Source of the DNA: Octopus sinensis
Taxonomy: Eukaryota
Direction of reading: 5' to 3'
Length of the DNA stretch: 64,000 bases
Assembly (NCBI RefSeq): GCF_006345805.1
Contig: NC_043002.1
Coordinates: forward strand, 54,002,001 to 54,066,000
Shown: positions 63,320 through 64,000 of the stretch, piece by piece
Position numbering within the stretch: position 1 is the stretch's first letter
Layout of the letters: each line of letters opens with the position of its first letter
Notes under the pieces: model-generated
Seen by the model: the letters and a program-made list of their open reading frames with translations, nothing else
The model's database searches: none
Told to the model about the DNA's origin: nothing
Made by a program: the position numbers and the translations under genes

Positions 63320-64000
63320 CTCCTAATAACAGCACAAAAGAGAAAGCAAAATCAATGCGTAACAAGAACATTCGAGGTCGTTGCAAATACTAAGGATCTC
63401 ACCTGTTGAAATATGTCTTATATGCATATACTCCACATGTTAAAGGCTGCCTTACAAAGTATAGCCTTTATATTCAGAGCCAAAAATGCTTCACTTTACC
63501 ATGACAATAACTTTCTACTAAGATAAGGTGAATGCCACACATATTGCAATTCTACACAGAGACCGAATATATATAAAGACTCCCAACTGAATGACATTAT
63601 ATTGCCAACCAATATTGTCTAACCTACAGTTCACAGATGTGATGTCCTTTCTCTATCCTGTACACTGGGATATGCCAAAACTCAAATGCAGAGAGATCAA
63701 GGATAACCGATTAGATATTGTTGTAGATGTCCAACAGGCAAATAAATGTCTCCTAACCAATATATTTGTTTCAACAGATAATAATGCATCTCTAAAAGGC
63801 TGGAGGAATTAGATATTGAAATAGAGATTACCCTAATAAGAGGCCTGGAACCAGAACCAGTCTCTATATCAGTTGTTGCTTTGGGAATGATCAAACTAAT
63901 GCAGACAAGTACATAGACAAAACTCCAGGAATTACAATTATGAATAACAAACAGACAATTGAAATATAAGGTATTACACACAGATTATCTAAAGTATAAT
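63320..64000 (+). mobile_element. Decayed R4/Dong-like LINE, 3' restriction-like endonuclease region
   Basis: HWDMPKLKCREIKDNRLDIVV...KCLLTNIFVSTDNNASLK resembles WD.PI.TDR.I.ANRPDIV...C.LID...P.D.N...K. Further matches are LDIEI and VVALGMI. It runs off the window end. Confidence 0.75.

Overview
This is eukaryotic, AT-rich, microsatellite-dense DNA made almost entirely of repeats. The SINE, LINE and mariner repertoire looks like an octopus (cephalopod) genome; this is inferred from repeat families recalled from memory, not from a database search. I could not confidently identify any host gene, and most ORFs in the track are microsatellite artefacts. Supported content: a near-full-length frameshifted CR1-type LINE (37.9-42.1 kb); three RTE-clade LINE families; Hero-like and R4/Dong-like LINE 3' fragments; four Tc1/mariner relics; several MITEs; and at least three tRNA-derived SINE families. 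The most notable signal is a set of hammerhead ribozyme (HHR) motifs of the minimal type associated with Penelope-like elements (PLEs). One has a fully intact core (13783-13866, minus strand) and one has a long stem II (2086-2176). Three more sit at the ends of a repeat that joins a tRNA-derived Pol III head, an (AAT)n tract and a hammerhead, and both loci of this repeat (2650-3277, 7846-8524) are head-to-head inverted pairs. It may be a PLE-mobilised, self-cleaving SINE. Other points of interest are a 2.8-kb palindrome of RTE sequence, tandem CCCH fingers in the CR1 ORF1, and several unassigned plus-strand candidate exons.
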